This document shows, one piece after another, positions 51,560 to 64,000 of a DNA stretch of 64,000 bases (within the stretch, counting starts at the first letter, position 1; each line of letters begins with the position of its first letter). This DNA comes from Octopus sinensis. Lineage: Eukaryota. The position numbers were made by a program, and so were the translations under genes. The DNA lies in assembly GCF_006345805.1 (NCBI RefSeq), contig NC_043011.1, forward strand, positions 15,512,464 to 15,576,463. The letters run 5' to 3'. The notes under the pieces were generated by a model that searched no databases, was not told the origin of the DNA, and saw nothing but the letters and a program-made list of their open reading frames with translations.

Positions 51560-51863
51560 TACACTTATCTGTCTACCTGCATCCCTGCTTATCTCCCCAT
51601 TTCCCCAAATGCATACTTACCGCTATTCTGCTAAAACTTAAATCAGGAACATTATAGTCTGTTAAATTGTTTTGATGTTTCATTTTATCACATAATTTAT
51701 TTAATAACCGGCTCCCGCTCGGCTATTAATGACATTATTTAAGTGCAATGATATCATGCGCACACTTAATACACATACACGTACCACATGTACATACAAT
51801 GTACGCACATCTACTTCCATAGGTACATACAGAAATATACATATGGACTCATACATACATACA

Positions 51864-51897
<34 letters not shown>

Positions 51898-53677
51898 CAT
51901 ATATTCATACATACATACATACCATATACATACATACATACATATATTCATACAGATACATATGTCTGTGTGCGTGTGTGTGTGTGTGTATGCGTGTGTG
52001 TATGTGTTTGTGTGTGAGTGTATGTTTGAAGATTCTTGTGTGTCTGTGAATATATAAATTATCACTTATATTTTTAATGGCCATTAAGTAAAATTTATAG
52101 GACGTTCAAGACCCTTCAATCTTTCGTAAAGTCGTGCACCTTGAAACATATGACAGTATATATGTATAAATATGTGTATGTGTGTGCGTGTGTGCGTGTG
52201 TATGTATGTATGTTTATATATGCATGAGTGTACGTACATATATACATAGACGTACTTATCAATGCATGTATTATACATATGTGAATAAATAGATATGTAA
52301 CCAGCACAGAAGTATATGCACGGTTAATCCATAAGCCTGAGTCCAGCCAAATTATGGAGATATTTTAGGAGGTACATGTGATATGTGACTAACGAGTTGT
52401 TGGAGGTGTTGGGCATGAGAGGAGTGATATCAGTGATGCGCACTGTAACTGCTAATGGCGCTCAAAATGTGTAGTGATATATTTGTCATCCTTTCGAATC
52501 AGGTTGTATTAGTACAAGTATATACTCGCTGGGTTGTAGTGTGTGCGCATCGTCAATATATCGTGTACATTAGAACACATCGACGCGGTTCTTTTGAAAA
52601 ATTAGGATGTATAGGCAACTAGTTTACATGCGAATATAGTCGTGTGTATATTTGAAATCTAAAGGCTCCCTACTGACGAAAACTACCCTCAGTAAATATA
52701 TTTTTACTGGAATGAGTTAGAAACCATGGTCTAGGAACTAAATTAGATGGTAAACGTTTTTAATTTTCAATCCTTTCGGGAATTTATCCATAATTAGTCG
52801 TTTGTGTTTTCTACTGCTCTTTCTAGCTCAAGACTTTCCTATTTGGAAGCATCTTAATGTGTTCTAATGTACACTATATTTTTATGGGAGTAATATATAG
52901 TCTATTGACTATTATTTCGTGCTAGGCCATTGGTAATAATAATTTCTATAATTCTTATTACCCTAATAAGATATATATATATATTGACGATGCAGGGTGA
53001 GTTAATATTGTCTCTAGCCGTTGAGTGTCCACAATTGATAAGACAAAACAAGGTCGTAATCACCTTATCTAGTGGTCTCAACGCTAGAGTAGCAGGAATT
53101 TACCTGCCCGCTTGCGATATAACCAAGAGTACATCTTGCACCAAAAAGCCAATGTGAGAGTTTCTCCCATGTTAAATACCGCAGTAAAGTTCGCTCTTAA
53201 AGAACCTTCACGTTTGTGTGGGGATAAGTATTATCTCTCGTTATTAATGCGGCCTCCCTCACTAAGATTATATATATATATATACATAGACTCAAGAACA
53301 AAAGAAATAGTGTATTTCTTCTTTATTGGTTAAATTTTTTTAGATAGTTATAGGCTCTACTTCCACTGAAATACTCACTGGGATATGCCAGAATTATATC
53401 TGGTCATCTATTCGTCTTTTTGGTTATTTGCCTTAAGGTGTCGAGAAAAAAAGGCAATGTCGAGTAACACAAAACACATTGAATTGAAACAGTTGGAACC
53501 GAATACGATATGGATTATTGAATAGTTATAAATATGGCCTCTATTTTGAGAAGTTGTATTTGTAGACGATATCTGCCATGCAGAACCATCCAGCATATGT
53601 AAAATGCCAAACATTGATTTCTAATAAATCCTCGTGTGTATATATATATAAGATATTATTATATACATACACACACT

Positions 53678-53755
<78 letters not shown>

Positions 53756-53990
53756 CATACATGTATATGTAATATATATATAATTTATATATATACACAT
53801 ATATATACATACATATATATATATATATGTAATATATATATTTATATATATAATATGTGTAATATATATAAATAATATATATATATATGTAATAGAAATA
53901 TAATATTCTATATATACATATATATATGAATATATATATATATATACACACATACACATATATACACATATATAGGTGTGTATATGTGTG

Positions 53991-54032
<42 letters not shown>

Positions 54033-55734
54033 TGTATATATATATATAATATATATATAATAATATTGTAATTATTATTATTATTAGTAGTAGTAGTAGT
54101 ATGTGCTATCATTATTATTAATGCTACTACTGTGTTGCGTGTTGTTGCCCAATCCCGCTGCTGTGTAGGTCGTGTAAAACGTTATATCAGCAGCATTTGA
54201 GTGTTGACTATGTCGCAATATTTTGGATAATGTCCGGTAGGTCAATATTTATGCTACGTAGTCGTCCTTAAATTTAAAATTTAGGAAGTAATATGAGAGA
54301 AAGTTGGCTCCCAGTTCTTGGAGTTCGTCTAATATGCGGGGCTTTAGTTTTCGTTTGTGAATTTACATATATATATAAATAAATATATATATATATATTT
54401 ATATATATATATAAATAAATATATATATATATATTTATATATATATATATAAATAAATAAATATATATATATTTAAATATATATATATATCTTAAAGTTA
54501 CTAAATATTACAGATATTTCACATAATCCTGGTACAAAACGTAATAAAGCCGGAAGGGATAAAAAGTATACTCAGGTTCTGTGAAACTGCTGAACCAAAT
54601 AGAACTTAGTTCATTCTTCTACTCTTTCTACCACTCTCTGTCTCTGTTTGTCTCTCTATCTCTCTATCTTTCCCTTAATAAGCTTCCTTTTGTACACTCA
54701 TACCCACACATATATTCTCTGTTTACCTCGCGTTTTTTTACTTTTCTTCACAGATAAAGATAAATGGATAGATTGATAGCTACAGAGATAAATACACACA
54801 CACATACGTAATATGTACATATTTCCAACCGACACATGAATAAAACCATGTTTGTCTTTGGCAAATTTCCAACCGAATTGATTCAATTACGCTTAGCGCC
54901 TCAATTTTGATATATTTAATAAAATTCTAATGATATCTGTATATATTATATGTAATAATAAAATCCAACCGCATCTTGTAATATAAATCTTTTATCCTCA
55001 TCTTGCTAATAAATTTTGTAATGTTTTATCTCAACAAAGGACTGGCAATGATTTCATGTTTAATATTTTCCATTCTCTGCATTATTTACAAATAATGTTT
55101 ATCCGTGAAAAACCAGCGCAGCTGTTATATATTAATCGTTTTTTGTGAAACACGAAACATAGAACAAAACCAATAACGCGTCCCCGAATCTTTACAGCAA
55201 CTGGTATGTTGGCAGTAGTTTTGTACGTTACACAAACAATCTACAGCGTTTTTAGGCTACGCTGTATAGGTTTTTTTATATTGAAATTAAGTTTTCCTTT
55301 TTAATATACACACAGCATGATGTAATTTATAAGCATGCATTCACACACACTGGTATATTGAAGGATCCTTAAATGATCTCGAATATGTATGTTCGGTTGT
55401 TCGGCCGTTAGAAACCTCTACTTATTAAACTAATATATAAGTAATTAATTAAACTAATAAGTAAGTAAATTCAGTATTCCACAAACACCAGTACACAAAT
55501 CCAAATTTTCAGAAGGCATCAGTAGGAAAGTCTGAGTACACGGGACGTTTGAGTCAGAAGACTTTACTAGGGTCGGACGACCGTTCAAATAATTAGGAAG
55601 TGAATTGCACACAACCTGCGAAAAACTAAATTCCACATAAAGAAGTACATACATTTTTCCATATAAAGGCGCGCACGCACACACACATACATATACACAC
55701 ACATTTCTGTATCTATACAGATATTCAGCTCCAG

Positions 55735-55932
55735 CGACCGCTTGACAACTGGTGTTGGTGCTTTCATGTCCCCGTAACTTAGCAGTTCGGCAAAAGCAAC
55801 TGATAGAATAAGTATCAAATCTAGCAAAAATATTTAGTACTGGGGTCAGTTCATTCGACTAAAGATTCTTAATGGCGGTGCTCCAGTAGGGACGCAGGCT
55901 AATGACTGAAACATGTGAAATATAAAAGATAA
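55735..55932 (+). mobile_element. SINE family A, 3' half
   Basis: CGCTTGACAAC..CCCCGTAACTTAGCAGTTCGGCAAAAG..ATGACTGAAACA. Confidence 0.8.
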
Positions 55933-55935
55933 AAA

Positions 55936-55972
<37 letters not shown>

Positions 55973-56879
55973 GATTAGTAGATATGCGGGTATTCTATTT
56001 TAGATTATACAAAAAAAAATTACCTAATGAGTATATCTGAAAGTAAACTCATGGTATCCATTTGCACATCACGAAATAATACCTTAAAAGATATAACCAG
56101 TATATCTGCAGGGTACATAATATACTTCCTTAATTATCTCCTCCTTAAGTTAACATTTAAATTTACTAATTATGACGGAACTACACGTGTTTCAGTATTG
56201 AAAGATTACAATACACACACACACACATACACACACTTATATATATATAAATAAATATATATGCAATCATCAGATTTACAATTATTCCAACACATCTTGA
56301 AGTTCTTTTTCAAAGTATTGTTAATATAATTTTACATCTCTTTAAAAAATGCGTGTTAAATTAAGCAATAAATTAAACATTAAAAATTAAAAAGAGAAAT
56401 TATACTTTATAATATTAAGAATTAAAACTTATAAATTGTACATTATAAATATGAATTAGTATATACACCCCCCTTATAAAATCAAGTCTATAATGTCAAA
56501 TACAAAATATAAGATATAAAATTATACATCAGAATAAAAATGTCTGTGTTTGAATGTGAAATATAACAAGAAAAAAGCAAGTGCATTTCTTTCTTTTTGT
56601 TGGAAACAAGATTTCTTTTCAAAATGGATATTAGAAGAATATAGCAGGGAACTATGGGAATTTATAGGTGATTATTACCAAGGGGGTAATTAAACTATGC
56701 ATAGTTTAATTTAAATTAGCCTCTCTTATTATCTTCAATTTACTTATGTTGGGAGATATATATATATATAATTTGTTATAATATAATTTTAGTAATATTT
56801 AATTCATTTATTTATTTAAATAATTTATATAATCTTTCCAAGTGCTGTAGAAATAAAAGTTGTGGTTATTTGAATCAAG

Positions 56880-58220
56880 GGTGGGTTTAGTATTTCATTT
56901 TATTGAAGATAAAATTGCTTCAGTGCCTACATTTGACTCCACGTTCATCGTATGTCTTTAATAATTTGTCTCTAGACTGTAGCAGTTCCATAAATTCTGT
57001 TATGCATAATAAGCGCAATTTATTCCGAATATTATAGGAGTGGACTTTACCTATTATACTCCAGTTAAGAATGTACTCTGTTTTTCTACATTTTAATTCC
57101 CATATATATTTACTTAAGCCTGTGGACTTACTTAAATTAGGATTTTCGAGGGTCTGGTAGTGCTGGGATATTCTTTTTTAAATTTCATTAGCTGTTGAGC
57201 CAATATAAACCTTGTTTATAATTTTATTATTATTATTGTTCTTGGATCTTACTATACATTTTAAAATTACATTATCAATATTACAATTATTACAGACTTT
57301 ACATTTAGTCTTATCCCGACATGAACATTTTTCTATATGTTGATTAAGTCTTCTATCACTATCGGTTGTATTATGGCTAGAGCTATTATTTATTATGCTA
57401 TTATAACAATTATTTAATTTCTTATTATTTATAGAGGAAATGATATTACTTACTTTTCACGATGTTGAGTATATCACTCTTATAGCTTTATTAGAAAATA
57501 TATTTGAATAACTGTTGTCCTTTTTTAAAAAAAGCATTTTTACAATTTTAAGTGTCTCCTTAATAGTATTAGTTATCATTTGTGCTCCATACAGAATAAT
57601 TAACCATATACTATCCTTTTTCTTTTTTATACTATCATTATTAGACATCATCAGTGTCAATGTTTTATTCTTAGGTGTATTATGTCCCCACATGTATAAT
57701 TTACTATTGTCCTTACTATTGATCATATTCTCATTATCAATATTACTATTAATATTGTAATCATTAATAACAATTATATTGTTTTTATCTTTATTTAATT
57801 TGTTATATTGTCTTTTATTATTATTCACATTTTTACTGTTAGAATTATTATTAGTTTTATTAGCTGTACATGTTATATTATTAATGTGTTCATAATAAGT
57901 AAAGGATTTTATATTAGAATTATAGCCTGGTTCTTTTAATGCTTTATTATAATATGAGGCATGTTTATTAAAAGAGTTATAATCTGAGGATAGCATAGAT
58001 TTTTTTGCCTATATCATCTATTAAAAATTCTTTAACTGGTCTAGGATGGTTACTTAAAGAACTAATATACTTTAAGATTTCATTCAACTTATGGAATGGA
58101 TGGAGTTTATTAGTGACTGTCTAGATAATTTATTGCATAATATTCATTTTCTATAGATATTCCTAGGGTATAACTCTTAAAGAACTTGTACATTTTCTTC
58201 TTAAGGCATTCTAATGACCT
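56880..58220 (-). pseudogene. AT-rich PLE C-terminal fragment: post-RT region plus GIY-YIG endonuclease
   Basis: LSSDYNSFNKHASYYNKALKEPGY; about 57300-57000 reads CNIDNVILKC..KVYIGST..KRISQH..STGLSKYIWELK..LNWSII..LLCITE; KCRH near 56925. Confidence 0.75.
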
Positions 58221-58301
58221 GTTAGTACTTGAAACTTGTATCTCTTGGTACTTCACATTTTATTACACTAGCAACTATAAATATAAGCAATGAAGAATGC
58301 T

Positions 58302-58720
58302 TAGGACGTAGGAGTGACTGTGAGGTAAGTAACATGCTTACGAACCACATGGTACCGGGTTTAGTCCCACTGCGTGGCACTTTGGGCAAGTGTCTTCTAC
58401 TAGAGCCTCGAGCTGACCAAAGCCATGTGAGTGGATTTGGCAGACGGAAACTCAAAGAAGCCCGTCGTATATATGTATATATTTATATGTATGTGTGTGT
58501 GTATATGTTTGGATGTCTGTGTTTGTCTCCCACCAACATCGCCTGACAACCGATGCTAGTGTGTTTACGTCCCCGTAACTTAGTGGTTCGGCAAAAGAAC
58601 CGATAGAATAAGTACTAGGCTTACAAAGAATAAGTCCTGGGGTCGATTTGCTCGACTAAGGTGGTGCTCCAGCATGGCCACAGTCAGATGACTGAAACAA
58701 GTAAAATAGTAAAAGAGTAG
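58302..58720 (+). mobile_element. SINE family A, full length
   Basis: tRNA-like head through AAGAGTA tail; homologous to other copies. Confidence 0.9.
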
Positions 58721-59790
58721 TAGATATAATATCGATATAACAATATTAAACGGTAACAATGTATATAAACTTTCCTACACAGGTAACAGTATCATTGTGA
58801 TTGCGATAAATTCAGTTAAGCAGGTTTCTCATGAATATGTAGATGATATTTTATATAATTTATTAAACAAAGCTAGAAGTAAACGTATTTGTTTATAGTC
58901 ACTGTAGTTTTAGTATAGGTTTAGCATAGTAATAATAAAAATTATCAATTGTGTTACGTCTCCTCTACTAGTATTTCTTTTTTATAAACATTGCTAGTTG
59001 TTGTAGAAACACCTCTTTCAAAGTTAAATAAGAAAGAATTTTATTTCCAGCTGTGATTGAGCTATTCGAAATAACATATAATGTAAATACTGTCACCATA
59101 TATAACTGGTGTAATGTCCAAAATATTGGAATAAGTGCTTAAAATGTATCGGATTTTGTTCATAGACTAAAGGCTTGTGAGTTTGTTAGTACCCTGTTAT
59201 TAGTTTAATTACATCAAAATATGTTCAAGTACTCAATATGAACGATGATCTAACGAGAGAATGGATACCATTCAAACACTCAGGTAGTTTAGTAATATCA
59301 ATTCTACAAAATGCTAGATATTAAACATCTATTTATTTTCACTTAGAATGGAATGTTACGACCGTATTGTTTCATACTTGCTCGATAACATTATCTAAGT
59401 ATTCTCAGCTAAATTGTTCCTTATTGAATATTAACACAACATACAGCAGCGAACATTACATTAATGCAAATAATATAATAAAATGAAAATATAAATTCAA
59501 TGCAGGAAGATTGCACTTGTATGTTTTTATGAAATATTTCCTTTAAAATATAACAGTAATATCTAATGCTATATCATACCGGTTAGAAAATGCTGTCCTC
59601 TTTCACTGTAAGTGTATATCATACCTACTCGTTAGACACACATACACACGCGTGTGTATGTAAGTGTGTGCATGTGTGTATCTTTGAATGTTGGATAGTG
59701 TACACCAATGAGAGTGGAATATGCAAGCTATATGTTAGAGTATGTACTTTATTGAAGCTTCATGTTAATCTCGTGATTTCAGTTTCAATA

Positions 59791-59902
<112 letters not shown>

Positions 59903-59942
59903 GTTTGTCTATCTATTTATATATGTACATATGTATATATGC

Positions 59943-60510
59943 ATTGGGTCATCCCATAAATAATGCGGTTTTTTATACTTTTGTTTTTCAAAATTAAGAA
60001 AAGCAATGTTCTCTTTTTAATCTAAAATATACTCTCCTCCATTTTCTACAAAGCTCTTCCATCTATCTGGTAGACTTGCAGGGTCCCCTCTTCCAAAATT
60101 CACTTGCCCGTGACGAAAAATACTCCTCCAGTGCTGTTCCTACCTCGTCTACAGAATTCATATTTTTTCCGTTCAAATCCTTTTGAACACTGCGGAATAA
60201 ATGATAATCAGATGGGGCAATGTCCGACGAACATTGGTGGGTGGGCATCGTTTTCCATTCAAAGTGCTCCAGCCTTTGGAATGTCAGCCTCGCCGTATGT
60301 GGCCGAGCATTATCCTGATGGAAGAACACCTTTGGTCTTGAAAGCAAAGATGGTCGTTTTTCTTCTAGCGCTGACTTAAGCCGCTCAAGCTGCTTGTAGT
60401 AAATCTTCTTTGTTATTGTTTGGTTTCGATTTAAAATTTCAAAGTGGACTGAACCTTTCATCTCACCAAAGGGTCAATAACACCTTACGTGGGTGAAGAT
60501 CTTCTTCCGC
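59943..60510 (-). mobile_element. Mariner (DD34D) 3' remnant with TIR
   Basis: FFHQDNARPHTA..SSDIAPSDYHLFRS; terminal ATTGGGTCATCCCATAAATAATGCGG. Confidence 0.88.
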
Positions 60511-60975
60511 CTTTTCTTTTCAGTTTCTATTAGCTCTATAAACAAGAGAGAGTTTTCATTTAAAGTTTGGTGAAATGTAGCATAAAATCAAACCTATATA
60601 TGATTTGATATGCAAAAGAAAGTATACTTATCTGCCTCTATTAAAAAAAGGCTTATTTATAAACAACCGACATGAAAATTTAAATTTATTGAGTTTATTC
60701 TTACAATTTTCATAATTTAAATATATCTCGTATTTAAATTTTGAAATGATATTTATTAAGAAATAAATTTTTCTACGTCAATGAAATTTATAAAAGGGTG
60801 GTGTTCAATGATTAAGAATGACCGATATTTTGTTTTTAGTATCGACACAATTCGCCAATTTCCTCCAAAATGAATTGTTTTGAAACGGCAGAAGCCTTAT
60901 AGTTGACACTATTTAACTCACTATGTGTGTCAATATTGAAAATATTTAACTGCTTTATTCAAATATCAGTATCAA

Positions 60976-61290
<315 letters not shown>

Positions 61291-61819
61291 CTGTGTGTAA
61301 GTGTGTGTGTTTGTGCATGTTTATTTTGTGTAGAACCGTTTGACTGAGTTGAACACAATTAAACTTTGTGTAGAAAGTGTCTTATAGAAGAATGAACTTA
61401 ATGCTACTGTATACAAAGTAAACTCACATGCCATCTCGCTATTTATACAGCAGATAAATCAATACTCAAAATCATTCTCATTCATGAGTGGTATAAAGAA
61501 GGGAAAAATGTCAGCTGAGGGGAAAAATAACGACTTGTCAATTGCTGCACTGTATGAATCTGTTATTATATCAGCAGAAAAAAGAAAATGTTCCAGAGAG
61601 GATGATGAAAATATTGGGATGTTTCATATATGATGAATATAAACTGTCTCCAGGAAGGCAGAGTTATACATAGATGCATGTATAATGCCAAAACATATAA
61701 AATTATCTGGAAAATTTTCTGTTATCGAGCATGCTTTATCCCATATTTCACGAATGACACTTCTAGTAATAATTCGTTTCTGGATCACTCCTATCCCAGA
61801 TGTCATTCGATGTAGCAGA

Positions 61820-62450
61820 AAGTTTAAACAAAGAAGAATTCCTATCTAAAATGGGAAAGCAAGACTCAACATCATGTTCCAGATATTTATAGTCGACTAA
61901 AAAACACTAACTACAACGCAGATTAAAAAACTCATACATTTTTACCTGCGAATCATACGCAGTATGACCACATATACAATGGAAGCAAACTTTTATTGTG
62001 TTCCGGTGTCCTTATAAATGTTAAATTTTCCTTTAAGATAAATAAGAATAAAAGGATACAGTTACTTATTTGGGATTCCAACATGTCATAGATTAACACA
62101 ACAAAATGACTGAAACATGTAAGGCAAGGAATGTGGAGATCTGTGGGAGAACTACTGACTATGAAGCTGAGATAATTTAACAAAGGGATTATTTTTAATG
62201 GTTTAGCCTTAGAAAATGAATGTTTTCATTGTCATCCGAAGCTCTTCGAGCTGGAAGAAAGAACTTTAACGTTTGCTGACAAGAGTACTTTTAACCAGCC
62301 AGTTGCACATCTTAAACTAATGAAAGTGGTTCTTCTTCCATCGGAAACGTCAGGAATTGAACCACAGTAGTAAGGCATTGTAACTGCTTTGTAATCCATA
62401 CATAGAGACATCTTGGTGGAAATTAAATCAATATGGTTATTCAAATCACA
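61820..62450 (+). mobile_element. Highly decayed pogo/Tigger-like DDE_1 transposase remnant
   Basis: KVVLLPSETSGIEPQ**GIVTAL*SIHR resembles VVFLPPNTTS..QPMDQGII..FK..YR; IWDSN upstream. Confidence 0.35.
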
Positions 62451-62660
62451 AAATTGGACAGCAGTCCTGCAGCTTCCAGAACGAGAATGTCCCCAATATT
62501 ACTGGGTTTACAGCTGAAAAAATGTAAATCACCTGAAAAATATTCAGTCTGTAGCAGCCCACTATAGTAGGTTATTTGACATAATGTGGTTTGAGCAGAC
62601 ATTCATTGTATTATAGAAAACTAGTGTAGTGCATACAGATAAATATAAAAAAAATATCCA

Positions 62661-63073
62661 GGATCTTTTCGGTTTGAACGGCAGTTTTTAACATAATTTC
62701 TAGGTAACTAAAAAGTGATAAACTTCGTATACTGGTAGAATGTGTTTATAAAATATTTTTTCTCTTGGCTTTATTGAGAAAATTCTATAGTTTGTAAGAT
62801 ATTTGTTATTTTTTTTTCTTCAATTACTGCAATTTCAACCAATCGATGACGTCCATTGAGGTAAAATAACATTCTGTGCCGTATGAATAAGAAACGGATT
62901 GGGTTAATTTACATTTGTGAAGAAAAAAGATATCCTTCCCCCACCCCTAACCCTAACTAACCCTAACCCTAAAATAGATTGAAATGCAGTAGATCAATAC
63001 TAGGGTCATAATTATGGGTGGCAATTTCATATGACACCGCTAGATAAAACTGCCGTTCAAACTGAAAAGATCC
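62661..63073 (-). mobile_element. TTAGGG-bearing MITE, copy 3 (TSD AATATCCA)
   Basis: TIR GGATCTTTTCGGTTTGAACGGCAGTT; TSD at 62653-62660 and 63074-63081. Confidence 0.92.
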
Positions 63074-63639
63074 AATATCCATCATAAGAATTTCGAAATT
63101 ATGTCATAAAAATAGGCAACTGCTTTTGATATTTCAAGTTAAAATATCATTTTAAAGAGCTTTAGAGAAAAAGAGGAACATATGTTATCCGTTCATTTTC
63201 TCGGGTGATCAATTATTGTTTTAACTGTATCGCTAATAACGATTTGGAATGTCGTGATATCTGTAATATCTGTATTTGTATGATAATGCAAGATCAACTG
63301 TAATGGTAGGAATGAATATCTATGGTAAAGTAATTCTAATATCTGTTGTCGAGATAGCAAACTTTCCCGACAGTAGACGTTACACTAACCCTGTCTACTG
63401 TTCGAAGATTATGAGAGATTACCGCTGAATGTTTTAACGATTTTTTAAAATGCAATTAAATACTTGTGCGGAATAAATATATAGCGCCTAGAGAAAATCA
63501 GAATTTATCAGCTGGACACATTAGTGGCATTCAAAATGTCGTAGTTATGTAAGCCACGAATTATATTGCTCTGAGATTGCCAAGGAAATGGATGGAATAA
63601 GAATACAGAAGGAAAGTACAGTGATGTTCTTGCTAAAAA

Positions 63640-64000
63640 AAAAGACAAAAAAACTTATCACAAATATGGTACAGTTAGATGATACAAGCTACTACCTATT
63701 TTAAAATCTAAAAACCACAGATAAATAAATCAGCTTCTATAACATCAATTATAATGTATAGCCAGAGTATAACAACAATTAATATGGACAGCAATAATTT
63801 TATTCTTTTCTGCATATCCCAGCATGTAGCTTTGGCATTTTGTTAACAGGGCTGAGAAGGGGCTCATTGCTGGTGCAAATAATATTACAGATAAACTATC
63901 CCTCTGGTATATTGCTTGTTGATGGCTTAATTCTCTTTGTAGCAATAGCTGTTGTTTTGGAAGATGTCAGTAATAATTGTGTGGACAATGATGCGGTGAG
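63640..64000 (-). mobile_element. R4/Dong-like RT fragment
   Basis: IYQRDSLSVILFAPAMSPFSALL..SY resembles GIFQGDSLSPLLF.LAL.PLS.LL..GY. Confidence 0.65.

Noticed and set aside
56170-56285. HHR split by a microsatellite (minus strand CTGATGA near 56272; GAAACACGTGTA near 56193)
   Set aside because: Stems I and II do not pair convincingly; probably halves of different elements.

Overview
AT-rich, microsatellite-dense eukaryotic DNA, most likely an Octopus-like cephalopod (inferred from the tRNA-derived SINE families and repeat landscape). I found no intact host protein-coding gene. Almost all ORFs in the track are translations of (TA)n, (TATG)n, (TAA)n, (GATA)n or (GAC)n repeats. The recognisable content is mobile DNA: a decayed Penelope-like element (PLE) with RT at about 9.2-12.4 kb, two more PLE fragments (one with a GIY-YIG endonuclease), R4/Dong-type REL LINE pieces in (TAA)n tracts, RTE-type LINE pieces, Tc1/mariner and pogo remnants, MITEs, and roughly 20 SINE copies from three families. 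Two things stand out. (i) Several small non-coding elements carry hammerhead ribozymes (HHRs) and sit in (TA)n tracts as tandem, inverted or fold-back copies, including two complete type I HHRs and a PLE junction 1 nt from a predicted HHR cleavage site. (ii) Three copies of a GG-terminal MITE with 8-bp TSDs carry telomeric TTAGGG repeats and a G-quadruplex-like tract. All coordinates were read by eye and are approximate for degenerate elements.
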